A stretch of DNA of 64,000 nt, taken from NCBI GenBank assembly GCA_030141605.1, contig JAQGDQ010001008.1, positions 6,928 to 70,927 on the forward strand. Direction: 5' to 3'. Positions 1 through 12,300 of the stretch are shown piece after piece (positions within the stretch are counted from its first letter, which is position 1; every line of letters begins with the position of its first letter). The translations under genes and the position numbers were made by a program. The notes under the pieces are model-generated. The model saw nothing but the letters and a program-made list of their open reading frames with translations. It was not told the DNA's origin and made no database searches. This DNA comes from Tubiluchus corallicola (Eukaryota; Animalia; Priapulida).

Positions 1-49
1 TATATATATTAGCAGCATAAAGAAAATGCCATATGTTGTTGCCTGTCTA

Positions 50-390
50 TTGTCCAACCAATTTTAAACAAGTTTTTCTATTCGCCGCTCTCTCGTTTTC
101 CATTTTCAACTTCGACTTTTTTGTTGTTGTTTAGTTTAAGCGGCTTGTCGCCATTCGCCGCTCTCTCATTTTCCATTTTCAACTTCGACTTTTTTGTTGT
201 TGTTTAGTTTAGCGGCTTGTCGCCATTGTCCAACCGATTTTAAACAAGTTTTCCATTTTCAACTTCGACTTTTTTGTTGTTGTTTAGTTTAAGCGGCTTG
301 TCGCCATTGTCCAACCGATTTTAAACAAGTTTTCCATTTTCAACTTCGACTTTTTTGTTGTTGTTTAGTTTGAGCGGCTTGTCGCCGTTC
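50..390 (+). repeat. ~73-81-bp tandem repeat (4 copies) containing the splice acceptor and start of twitchin exon 369
   Basis: TTGTTGTTTAG|TTT(a/g)AGCGGCTTGTCGCC with AG ending at 134, 207, 287, 368. Confidence 0.85.
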
Positions 391-2279
391 GCCGGAGACA
401 ACGACGTGGAAACGCTGAAGAACGTGAAGCGTTGTGATTGGATATTCGAACCAAATGCTTTCAAGGGCATTTCAGACGAAGCCAAAGATTTCATCAAGAA
501 CCTTCTGGTCAGGGAACGAACGTAAGTCGACCGTGTGTCATCCGGAAGATTCGGTACAGAGTTTTGTTAGATGGGGTTTTAATAGACAACAAAAGGAGGA
601 GAAAAAATCATCTTAATAAATTATACTACTTTATAGCAATTTTATGCGTATATCTTACTCGCGTTGAAAGGAATTTTAGTTTGTTTTCATTTTAAATCTC
701 CCGCAATGCTGTTCCGAAGTCGCCATTACATGACGTCATACACGCACAACGTAAATCAGGGGAAGAAAAGGCAATGTTAAATTATGACCTAAAAAACTTT
801 CCGTGCAAATCTATATTACTTTGCATTACGCTTACCTGCTGGAAAGACTTAAATAACTAGACTAATAATTTAAAATGTTTGTGTCAATTGGTAAAATGTC
901 GCTAACTCATACTCCAGGGTGCACCACTCAGTAACCAAAAACGTATTTTTAATCTTATTGACAAGATACAGTAAGTTAAAATTTTACTTAATTAGCAACG
1001 TGTGCGCTATGAATGTTCTGATTATTTTTTCAAACTTTACTCAGTGTTATCAAAACTTGTTTCAAACAACCAACTGTCAAAATGGCTGCGTCTAACGGTC
1101 ATCGTGGAACTTTTTTAAACAATTTTTCAGGTCTTCCGCAAGATTGAATAAGATTTTTTTTTTATCACGTTTTTTTTCTTGTCAATACCATTTCCCTGTT
1201 TAGGCCAAAATTATCCTCCATATTTTTGGATTAAATATCTTAATACAGTTACAGTTTTTTGATACAGTCGAGCCTTGTTATGTACAGAAAGCCTTCACCA
1301 TTTCGTTCATGTTCCAAAGTCGTTTATTCTAAAGAGAATAATAAAGAGAACATTAACAAGTAAGAAAACGAATAAAATGATAAACAGAAGCTTAATAATT
1401 ACGAAGAAGTCAACTTATTGGCAAAAGTACTTTCTCAAATTTCAGAGATCGAATTCATAAACTTAATTAAATTATTTAAATTCGTGTAACTCACATCGTT
1501 GGCTCTTCGTCAAGATTTAAAATTTCTCAAGGTACAAAATTTGGTTATAACTAAACGCTGTTATTAACTATAACACAATAACGACAAAAACATTGCTGTG
1601 AATAAAAACACGACCACCATTGTTCTCCTCCTCACTTGTAGAGGGCAGCACCTTCCAATAAATAGGTGTCGTTATGCATATTGCAGTTACAAGCCTCATT
1701 AAAATGTCAAACTCGCCGTAACGACAAATTTATTGCATCTGCATCATTTATACGGTTTGAATGATTAATACAAGGCTTGCATTTTCACCTAGGAAACGTA
1801 TGACGGTTCACGAGTGTTTGGATCACCCGTGGTTGAAGGGTGATCTGCAACACTACGACACGAAGATTCCCAATGAAAGATACCACGGCATTAGGAACAA
1901 GATTCGCGAGAAATACGTGAGTCACTCTGCGTACTTTGCACAGCAAAGCTTCAGTACTGAACTGATGTTTTAAAATTTAGAGAGATGTGATATTTATGAT
2001 TTGAGAGCTGAGCTTGTCAATTATACATGTTGTTAAGTGAGATAAGTGCTGTATGTATTCTGAATTCAGCTTTTGTAGCCATGTTTATGTACAGGAATTG
2101 TGTTTTTCTCAGCCTTTATAAAAACATTCGAACGGAAGTGGTGCGGACAAGCCACTTGCATAGCAGTGTCTAGTTTTTCTGCTGGGTTACTGCTGTGTTT
2201 AACTGTCTTGAGAACGGATTTATTTAATTATAGAGTTCTGCCTGTGTAGTGTCTACAATAACGCGTATATGATAATGAT

Positions 2280-2310
<31 letters not shown>

Positions 2311-3143
2311 CAATGCCGGTGACAGTGATGATGATCATGTTGACATTGACGACGATGATGAAAATGACAACCGCGGCAACGATGATGATGATGATGACGA
2401 CTACCGTGATGATGATGATGATGATGACAACGGCAATGACTATGATGATGATGATGATGATAACGACGAAGATGATGATGATAATGATGAAAACAACTGA
2501 CATCGTTTACACTTACATTTTTTCAAGTCTTAATAAACAATTCTTATTTTTTAGGCAACATGGCCGACTCCAATGCCTGCGATTGGACGCTTGGCTAACT
2601 ACAGTTCTCTACGGAAGCATCGGCCTCAGGAATATCAGATGTACGAGTCTTCATTCGGTGAGTACAACATGGGAAATCTTTTCTATTTGAGTGAGAAACA
2701 TGTGAAATCTTTTCTATTTGAGTGAAACATGGGAAATCTTTTCTATTTGAGTGAAACATGGGAAATCTTTTCTATTTGAGTGAAACATGGGAAATCTTTT
2801 CTATTTGAGTGAAACATGGGAAATCTGTTCTATTTGAGTGGAAACATGGGAAATCTTTTCTATTTGAGTGGAAACATGGGAAATCTTTTCTATTTGAGTG
2901 AAACATGGGAAATCTTTTCCATTTGAGTGGAAACATGGGAAATCTTTTCTATTTGAGTGAAACATGGGAAATCTTTTAAGCAATTTAATGGGGTACTCTA
3001 AACAAGTAATTACTTCTTGAGTACCCCACGGGTCATTTGCAGCTTGGCATCTTGTGTACATAATAATAAATATGTTGTTAAATACTTTTATGTACAATGC
3101 TGCAATGATCGTTGTGGAAATATTTAATAAATAATAAATAATA

Positions 3144-3174
<31 letters not shown>

Positions 3175-3301
3175 CAATTATAATTTATTAATTAATTATA
3201 TCTTGCCGAGTTCTTTGCTAGTAGAAAGAGCAAATTTGTAATTATTGTGTCAATTCACAGTAAATCATTCAAAAAAATTGATTTTCAGAAAAATTAGTGT
3301 A

Positions 3302-3391
<90 letters not shown>

Positions 3392-6300
3392 GAGTTTGCG
3401 AATTAATTAATTACAGAAAATAGCGTAATTAGTCTTCATTTACTTCAACCTAAATAATTTTAATTATTAAAAATTAATTGTTATTTTAATTATTATTATT
3501 ATTAATAATCGAAATTCTTAGAAATGTTGAAATGGTCGGAGAGCTGACGTGATTTAATGAAGACAAGTGGCTATGTGGTCCCAGCATTTGAGTTGTACTC
3601 TGAAAGTCGTGTGTTCAAATCGCGCTCAGTTCTCATCTTTTTCATCTCTTTGTAAGGCAGTTCTAGTTTCAAAGTTTTTCTACCTATAATTGTTGACCGA
3701 CAGTCTCGAGACTGAGATGATGATGATGATGATGACGATGAAGATGACGATGAGGGTGACGACAACGGCAATGACGATGATGATGATGATGATGATAACG
3801 ATGACAATGCCGATGATGAAAACGACAATTATCTCAGGTGATACATTCTCTGATTCCAGATCGCCGAGAGGCTGCACCGAGGTTTGTGGTGCGCCCGTAC
3901 AGCACCATGGCTATAGAGGGGCGCAGCGCCAAGTTTGACTGCACCATAATTGCACCGTCTCCACCCGTCGTTACCTGGTACGTGTCCTAGCAAGTCAAAG
4001 AAATGATTTATTTATTATTTAATTATTTAACATATTTTATATCCATTTTTTCATACTAGCTGAAGAGGTTTTGCTAATTACAGTCAAAACTCGTTAAACC
4101 GGACCCCGTTAGTCCGGATATCGGATAAGACGGACGTCATCCGTGGTAAAGGAAACTGACCGATTTCCCCCCGAGCCGGAGCGCTAAACACAACACGGCC
4201 TACCAACTGTACAATAATTTCTTTATCCTCACAGGTTAACTATTTTAAAGTAATATACAGTATAGTATATAGTGCAATGTATATAGGCAATTATTCCTGT
4301 ATAATATAGACCATATATAGGCATATCGGTTAAATCAGACAATCGGCTAAACCGGACCCCCCCACATTAGTCCGGTTTAACGAGGGTTGACTGTATTGTC
4401 CTCTATAGTATATTAAGTATAGGGAATACTGCCATCTGCCAACATATCTGCTGCTGTGACAAAAATCTATTTTACATAATAAATTTACCTCATTATAACA
4501 CCAGCCAAGATGTAAAGTACAATGAAAAGCAGCCACGGGGTTGTAAAAATCAAGGATCTCCGATAAGAAAACTGTTATGATTCTTAAATTAAGATTTAGG
4601 TTTCGTACTGAAGTGACGGTACAAAAGTGAATGTTGAGGTTTTGAGCAAGGAACGTGCATTTTGAGACTACGAGAATTGCACAGCAAAGCTTCAGTACTG
4701 AACTGATGTTTTAAAATTTAGAGAGATGTGATATTTATGATTCAGGTGTTTAATGTAGTCATTTGTAGAAATCATGGCCAAAACTACATTAAATATTACT
4801 AATGTATTGATGAACTAGTGCAGAATTTGCAAAGTTTAGATTTTATTGGCAATAATAGAGATAAAACAGACGACTAATCTTTTTCATGGTGTTGTTGTTG
4901 TTGTTGGCATCCTTCTGTCTCGGAAGACAATGGAGTGTGCGCCAAGAGAGTCAGTCATTGATCACATTGATGGAGCTGCAGCGTCGACTGTGGCTGAGCA
5001 GTCCGATCCTTGAACGTCTCCAGGGCGCACGCCTGGGCAAGGTGTATGGAGATCCTGAGTTGCCCAGACAACAGGAACCCCCTCTCTTCCTCCCTGGTGT
5101 AGTCCAAAGGAAAGCGGAGCGATACGTTTGGCACCAGGTTGGCTGCAGGAGCTGCCGGAGTCAGTGAGCATGCTGCACTGGTCCGCCTTCAGGGCTCCAC
5201 TCCTGATTTAGGTTTACTCCTCTACACATGGCCATTGGGTCACTTGACCTCCTCCGCCCTCTAGCCGTTGGCTGCTTGTGCAGCTCCTCCGCCTAGTGTC
5301 GAGATACAGTGTGGGCATCCTGCAAGCCTACAGCACCTGGTATTCCTAGGCGGTTACCCATCCAAGCACTAACCAGGCTCTATGTTGCTTAACTTCGGCA
5401 ATCAGATGAGAACCGGTGTTTTCAACGTGATTTGTTACCATGGTTACCATGGTGTATATACTAGATTATGGCCTAGTCTGTATTGTGTAGACGTCTTGCT
5501 ATTTTGACTGGGGGGGGGGTATCGTACGATGTTATTCCATGTTAACTTCAAATGTGAATCTTACACATTATTGAGGAACGTCTCTGTATTATTTATAATG
5601 AACTGTTTGGTGCAATAAACTACGTTTAAAATAAATAGATCTGTAATTTTCACCTTCATTCAACTGTAATTAACCTTTGCTTTACCTGTCAGGTACCACG
5701 AAGGTGATCAGCTCACGCAGTCTGCTAAATACATGCAGAAGTACTTCGGTCGCGATTATAAGCTGATCGTTAACAGATGCAAGATGGAGGATGCGGGAGA
5801 GTACATCGTCTCCGCTGCCAACTCGTTTGGAACAAGAGAACAGACGGTTCATCTTAAAGTAGAAAGTACGTAGATCTATGGTTCTCATCCAATGTCATAT
5901 CTATGGTTTTCTTCCAATGTTAGTGCTATAGTTTTCTTGCCTTGTTAGATCTATGGTTCTCATCCAATGTCATATCTATGGTTTTCCTCTAATGTTACAT
6001 TTATGGTTTTCTTCCAATGTTAGATCTATGGTTTTCTTCCAATGTTAGATCTATGGTTTTCTTCCAATATTAATGCTATAGTTTTCTTCCAATGTAATGT
6101 TAGATCTGAGGTTTTGTTCCTATGCTAGATCTATGGTTTTCTTCCAATGTTAGATCTATGGTTTTCTTCCAATGTTAGATCTATGGTTTTCTTCCAATGT
6201 TAGATCTTTGAGGGTGTTACATTTTAGGAAAAAATTTCCTCGGAAAATGTGTATATTCTTTCATATTCATGTATAGGGCACATTTTACAACACACCACAG

Positions 6301-9300
6301 ACAGTTACCGAAAGCAGCTTTTATATAAGTGCCACATAACGAACAGGTGCAATGTATCACACAACAAGCAGCTGCACATCCAGCTTAAAAATAAGCTCTA
6401 TGCAAATAATTAATCATAATCACACAGAAACTAGGTTACCAGTGTTTCTAATACACCACAAGTAATTGTTTCATCTGCTCATTACATAAACAACCATAAA
6501 TTCATAATAGAGATGGGCGGGGCAGAACTACCGGTCTAGGGCATCGTAAAGTGTTGATACGCCCATGTCCAGTTGAGCCGATTGTGGCCGCAAGTCAATG
6601 ACCACCCGTAGTTCTTCATTTTCTGTTATTCCTAACTTTGATTGATCATTATAAGATAAAAGTACAACATTTGAACTTTGTGCCGCAGTTTTTACAACGT
6701 CTCTTCATCTGTTGATATAGAAATACCCGAGGTTCATCAGCTTCCATTCCGCAGTTTGTCACCGACGCGACGAAGGCGGTGGGACCTGCGCTACGAGCAC
6801 TGGGGTCTGCCGGAGGACAGAGCGCCCCGCTTCGACTTCCCGCTCCGTTCCCGGTTCATCCAGGAAGGATTTGGCGTCAAGCTGTCGGCGTGCATCAGCG
6901 GGAGGCCGGCGCCGTCGGTAAGAAAGTTTGATGCTTTAGATAATGAAGAGATTTGATGGTGTGGTTTTGAACAATTTGAGTGACTGAAGTTTTGTTAACA
7001 TCCCAGCTGCTGCTTGTATACAGCTTTTATATAAGTGCCACATAACGAACAGGTGCAAGGTATTACACAACAATTAGCTGCACATCCTGCTTAAAAATAA
7101 GAGCTACACTTATATCTCAGTTTGCCGGACCTAGCTTTTACGGATATCGGACAAAATCTTGACCGTTAAAAAGTCCCGTATACTACGGACGCAGTCCATT
7201 GTTTCGGGAGCTGACCGCTAGTTGGCAGGCTGTCTCTTTGTTTACATCACGTACATCAGTGTGAACATATGTATATCTACATATATAAAAATATATGCGG
7301 AGTTATTTGAGTCAACTGTCAACAGTTTTTACAAACTTTTGCATAAGAGCCGCCGGTTCTAAACTTTTTCGTGACAATTAGGTGATTGACTCTGCATCAC
7401 CGTGAGTCTAATACACAGCACCTACTGTATTAGTTTAGTATCGGCAAATACGGACAATCGGCAAATTCGAACCGACGTCTCTCCGCTTTTGTCAGGCAGA
7501 CCGAGACATGAGTGTATTTCTATCCAGTTGGCTGCTTCTTGCTGTACTTAATGCTTCGTTAATAGAATAACCGCTTCAGCTTTTTTAATGCTTTTCAATG
7601 CTTTCTGGGAGTGCTGTGCGATTTACGCGACAAAACTCATGCTTTTTACTAAATAACACCGTATCAGCACCTTTTCCGTAGTTTAAGTGTTAAAGGTATG
7701 ACTCGCTGACCGACACCAACTGATTATGTAGATAATTCTGATAACGTTTGTTCTTTATTATTAATGTTTGCTGTGCATTAATGAATGTGTTTGTCTTTTT
7801 TCTCTCTAACCAACTTACTTCCGGGGCCGGAACAAACAGGAGAGAAACGTAAGTAGTTCTTAACTTCATTTGCTTAAGTTTTTTCTAGCGTATTTCATAG
7901 TTACGAATTAAAACGAGTGTTCGATGCTTAGGTGTTACATGATAGGGTTTTGTGCATGTAGTAACATTGCAATTAATAGTAACAGCCTTGCCCTTTGCTG
8001 TGCCGCTTAACTGGGCGATGAAGCTAAAGTCGAATTACACGGTTCCCACGGTCGGAGAAAATCCTGGAAGATGCTTGAAAATACAGGCTATCCTGGGAAG
8101 TCATGGAAAAATCAGGGAAAAAGATAATTTGGTAAAAAGTCGGGGAAGATGATGAAAAAGGGGCGATGAAGAATTGTTTTTACGTTTCTCCGTTTTTCTT
8201 TGTTAAATTTCTCTGGTTTAAGAAGTCTTGAAGACAATGATAAGCCTTTTCACAGTTTCGTTGTGCACAGCCGTCATGTAACATGCGTGTAAAGCAAAGC
8301 CGTCTGCCGCACCAGTTAAGTGTACCACAGCAACGCGTCTTAACTACCACCGTCACGTTACATGTGTGTAAGGCAAAGCCGTCTGCCGCACCAGTTAAGT
8401 AACTTCAGCCGTTTTACATGGACTTTACTCAACTATGCATTAGTCTGTGCGTAGAGTGATTTACTAGCAGGATCTTCTTTGGGAACAAGAAAAAATGAAC
8501 TAGGTAAGGTTCTAGCTAGCTGTTAAAACAGTTACTATTACAATAGCATTAGCTGCGAGGCGTTGTCAAGTGTACACAAATGCGTTGCCTGGTACGCTTA
8601 ACCTTTGACCTTTCACGCTCATCATCAATCACTGGAACTGTGAAAAGGCTTATCATTCGAAACGAGTCGACAATAAAGTTCTATTTTTATTTTTGCCAAA
8701 TATGAAAAACTCTATTTTTGTTACTGTGTGATTTTCTTACGTTGATCCTGTGATATTCTAGTTTCTGTCATTAGCCATTTTGTCATTAGCCATGTTAGCC
8801 ATTTTACTAATCAATTGCTTTCACAGGTGCAATGGTACAAAGACAATCATCCGCTCGCAAACGACGCTCATTACAAGATCACATACGTGGCCGGCATGGC
8901 CGAACTTCAGATAAACAAGACGGACATGCAGGACGCTGGCCGATACAGCATCGTGGCAACAAACAAGATCGGCGAAGCCCAGTGCGAATGCCGGCTGTCG
9001 ATTAATCGTAAGTTGTGATTGGTTTTTACATACAGCAAAATTTCTATAAGATTTATGCAAAAACAAATTATTTTAGTGGCTTGTAGTTAATTCAAACATG
9101 AACAGAAAAACTGAATAACTTAAACAAAAAGCAAGTAAGTTAGCTCAACAATCTATGTATTCATGTGCTGCCATCTATTTACAGCAAGAGAAGACAGGAC
9201 TCCACGAACATGGAGGCGATTTACCAGCAGCTTACCCCTAGATCAGGTGATCCGCGTGGAAGAGGAATCGTCCACGACAACCATTGATCGGGGCGAGGGT

Positions 9301-12300
9301 TACTCGAGGGTCACCAGAAAATATGCCTCCTCTTCGGACACTAGAACAACTATTGTACCCGAACGTACGTGTGATTAGTAACAGGTTTAATGTCGAGGGT
9401 AACCCGAACGTGCGTGTGATTAGTAACAGGTTTAATGTCGAGGGTAACTCGAACGTACGTGTGATTAGTAACAATTTTAATGTCGAGGGTAGCCCGAACG
9501 TACGTGTGATTAGTAACAATTTTAATGTCGAGGGTAGCCCGAACGTACGTGTGATTAGTAACAATTTTAATGTCGAGGGTAACCGGAACGTACGTGTGAT
9601 TAGTAACAATTTTAATGTCGAGGGTAACCGGAACGTACGTGTGATTAGTAACAATTTTAATGTCGAGGGTAACCCGAACGTACGTGCGATTAGTAACAAT
9701 TTTAATGTCGAGGGTAGCCCGAACGTACGTGTGATTAGTAACAGGTTTAATGTCGAGGGTAACCCGAACGTACGTGTGATTAGTAACAATTTTAATGTCG
9801 AGGGTAGCCCGAACGTACGTGTGATTAGTAACAATTTTAATGTCGAGGGTAACCGGAACGTACGTGTGATTAGTAACAATTTTAATGTCGAGGGTAACCG
9901 GAACGTACGTGTGATTAGTAACAATTTTAATGTCGAGGGTAACCCGAACGTACGTGCGATTAGTAACAATTTTAATGTCGAGGGTAACCGGAACGTACGT
10001 GCGATTAGTAACAATTTTAATGTCGAGGGTAACCCGAACGTACGTGCGATTAGTAACAATTTTAATGTCGAGGGTAACCCGAACGCGCGTGCGATTAGTA
10101 ACAATTTTAATGTCGAGGGTAACCCGAACGTACGTGTGATTAGTAACGATTTTAATGTCGAGGGTAACCCGAACGTACGTGCGATTAGTAACAATTTTAA
10201 TGTCGAGAGTAACTGATTTATTTTGATCATTCAGTTAAATCGTTTGGATTAAAGGAAAACATTACCTGATTTTAGACCCTGATCCATGGTATATAGTATT
10301 GTTTTTTAAGAATGACTTACGTGAAAGCATTATTACCTTGGAAGATTTTTCATTGTTGCATTGTATCATTCTTAGTTTTTCATTGTTGCAACCATTTTCA
10401 GCCATTTGTACTAACAATGGCAGCAGCACCTGCTTCGCAGACTGTACTTCGTCAGGAAAATGCATCTCCGCCTCGACATCAGGACAACCTGCTGAAATTA
10501 TGCGTTAACGTAAAAATGTTAACTTGTCACGTGAATTTAAAATTTGGCAAATGTTTGTGTTACGTTATCAATATCACAGAGACGCGCTGTACGATGGAGT
10601 ATTTTATGTTTTGGTTTTGCAAATGTGTGTGATGGAACATTTCTTCCCAGCTTGCCGGTGCTGCTACCTACACACACCAGCATTTTATTATATTATCAAG
10701 CTGTTACTTAACTACATAAGTTATTATTAGTAAAAGATGTATGCTTTAGTCACATAGGTCTAAGTGAATATGATCTAAAAACCTGTCCTGTTTTCCTTTA
10801 ATTACAGTCAAACCTCGGGTATAAGGTACTCGCTTATCGCTTATCAGGGATATTCGCTTATAAGTGACCACCAACACCGGTCCCGATTTTTCGTAACGTT
10901 TTTTCTATGTAAAAATCTTCGATATAAGGAACGATATCTTCAGGTCCCACGTAATAGAAGCCCAGGTAAATTACCTCGCTTATAAGGGACCTTATGATCA
11001 AAGCGAAATTGATCGATTTTTAACCTCAAGTTTTCGCAAACTCGGCCTGCGAACAGCTCGGTTTCCGTGGTTACATACATCTCGCAACACTGAAGGAGCT
11101 TCCTACATACCGTTTGCACTGAATGTGTAGCAATAATCCATAAAAATATGGGTAAAAGTACAGAAAAGTACAGGTCTAGATACGCCCTCGGTCTGACTCA
11201 ACTTCGGCTATAAGAGACATCGGATATAAGGGTAGGTTTTTTTCCAGTCCCTAGGTGTCCCTTATATCCGACGTTGACTGTATTTAAATGAGTTTAGCAA
11301 CGAAGCCAGAAATCTTGTGAGCTTCATTGCTGTATAGACGCCGTGCACTACTGAAAATTACTAACAAGAATCGCTAATCAATTATATTTATATTTTATAT
11401 AAAATTTTACAGCAAGGAAGCCCGGCGTGAGAACTCCGGCGTTTACAGAAAAGTTATTCAGACAGACGGTTCGAGAAGGCGAAGCCGTATTATTCACTTG
11501 CACCTGCGTAGGATACCCAGAACCTACCGTAGAATGGTTTAAAGATGGCCAGGTGAGCACGTCCGTACACGTGTTTATGATGCAAGATTGTTTTGTAGAT
11601 TTTAGCAAGAATTTATTACGGATTAAGAAGCGAAATATTAAGCCTTGCGAGAAGAAACTTTAATTTTCTGTATTTCATGCAGTTTAGATTTTGACAATTA
11701 CATAAAGAATAACAAATTATGTAGTGAAAAACGATTTTCTTATGTTATAAAAGGCCAAGTACACAACACTGTTAAACGATGTGACAGTAGAGCTACCAAT
11801 GTCTTATGTACTGCAGTTCAGTTCGTGTGAAGTTCAATAATTATTTACACACTCTCCGTCTAGTATTCAGTTATCTTCATCTGCAGTCCTGGGGAAAATA
11901 ATGGTGGGGGGGGGGTGCGACTTGTAAGACAAGAGAATTTTCCCGGTCAACAAGTCGGCATAGTTAAAACTACGTTATTATGATTCAATTTGGTCTAAAC
12001 TTAATTTCTTGGTGTTTTTTTTATATTGAGAAACGCTCAATATATTTTGGACTTTTATATTCTAGCATCAAATTATCAGGAAAATATTCAAAAAATACTA
12101 AAAATTTTATTTTACTACCCCCGTACCCATTTTCCTATCTAGAAACTAGTACTGCAATTGTAAAAAACTTGTATTTTCAAACTCTGACAGTAACTCATGG
12201 AAGCTGTCATTTTGCTTCGGGTTTTTTCTGTTGCCAAGACCAGGTCTTCGTCAGGAAGAGCCATCTGCTGGATTTAAACATAACTTCAATGTGTTCTTGC

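Noticed and set aside
2228-2690. Poly-Met / poly-Ile ORFs (also 3571-3938 and 51452-51862)
   Set aside because: Microsatellite translations.
3575-3635. tRNA-like B box (GTGTTCAAATC); similar at ~44375
   Set aside because: No cloverleaf; at most decayed SINE heads.
9238-10230. 310-aa and 330-aa repetitive ORFs on both strands
   Set aside because: Products of a 45-bp stop-free tandem repeat inside a twitchin intron.
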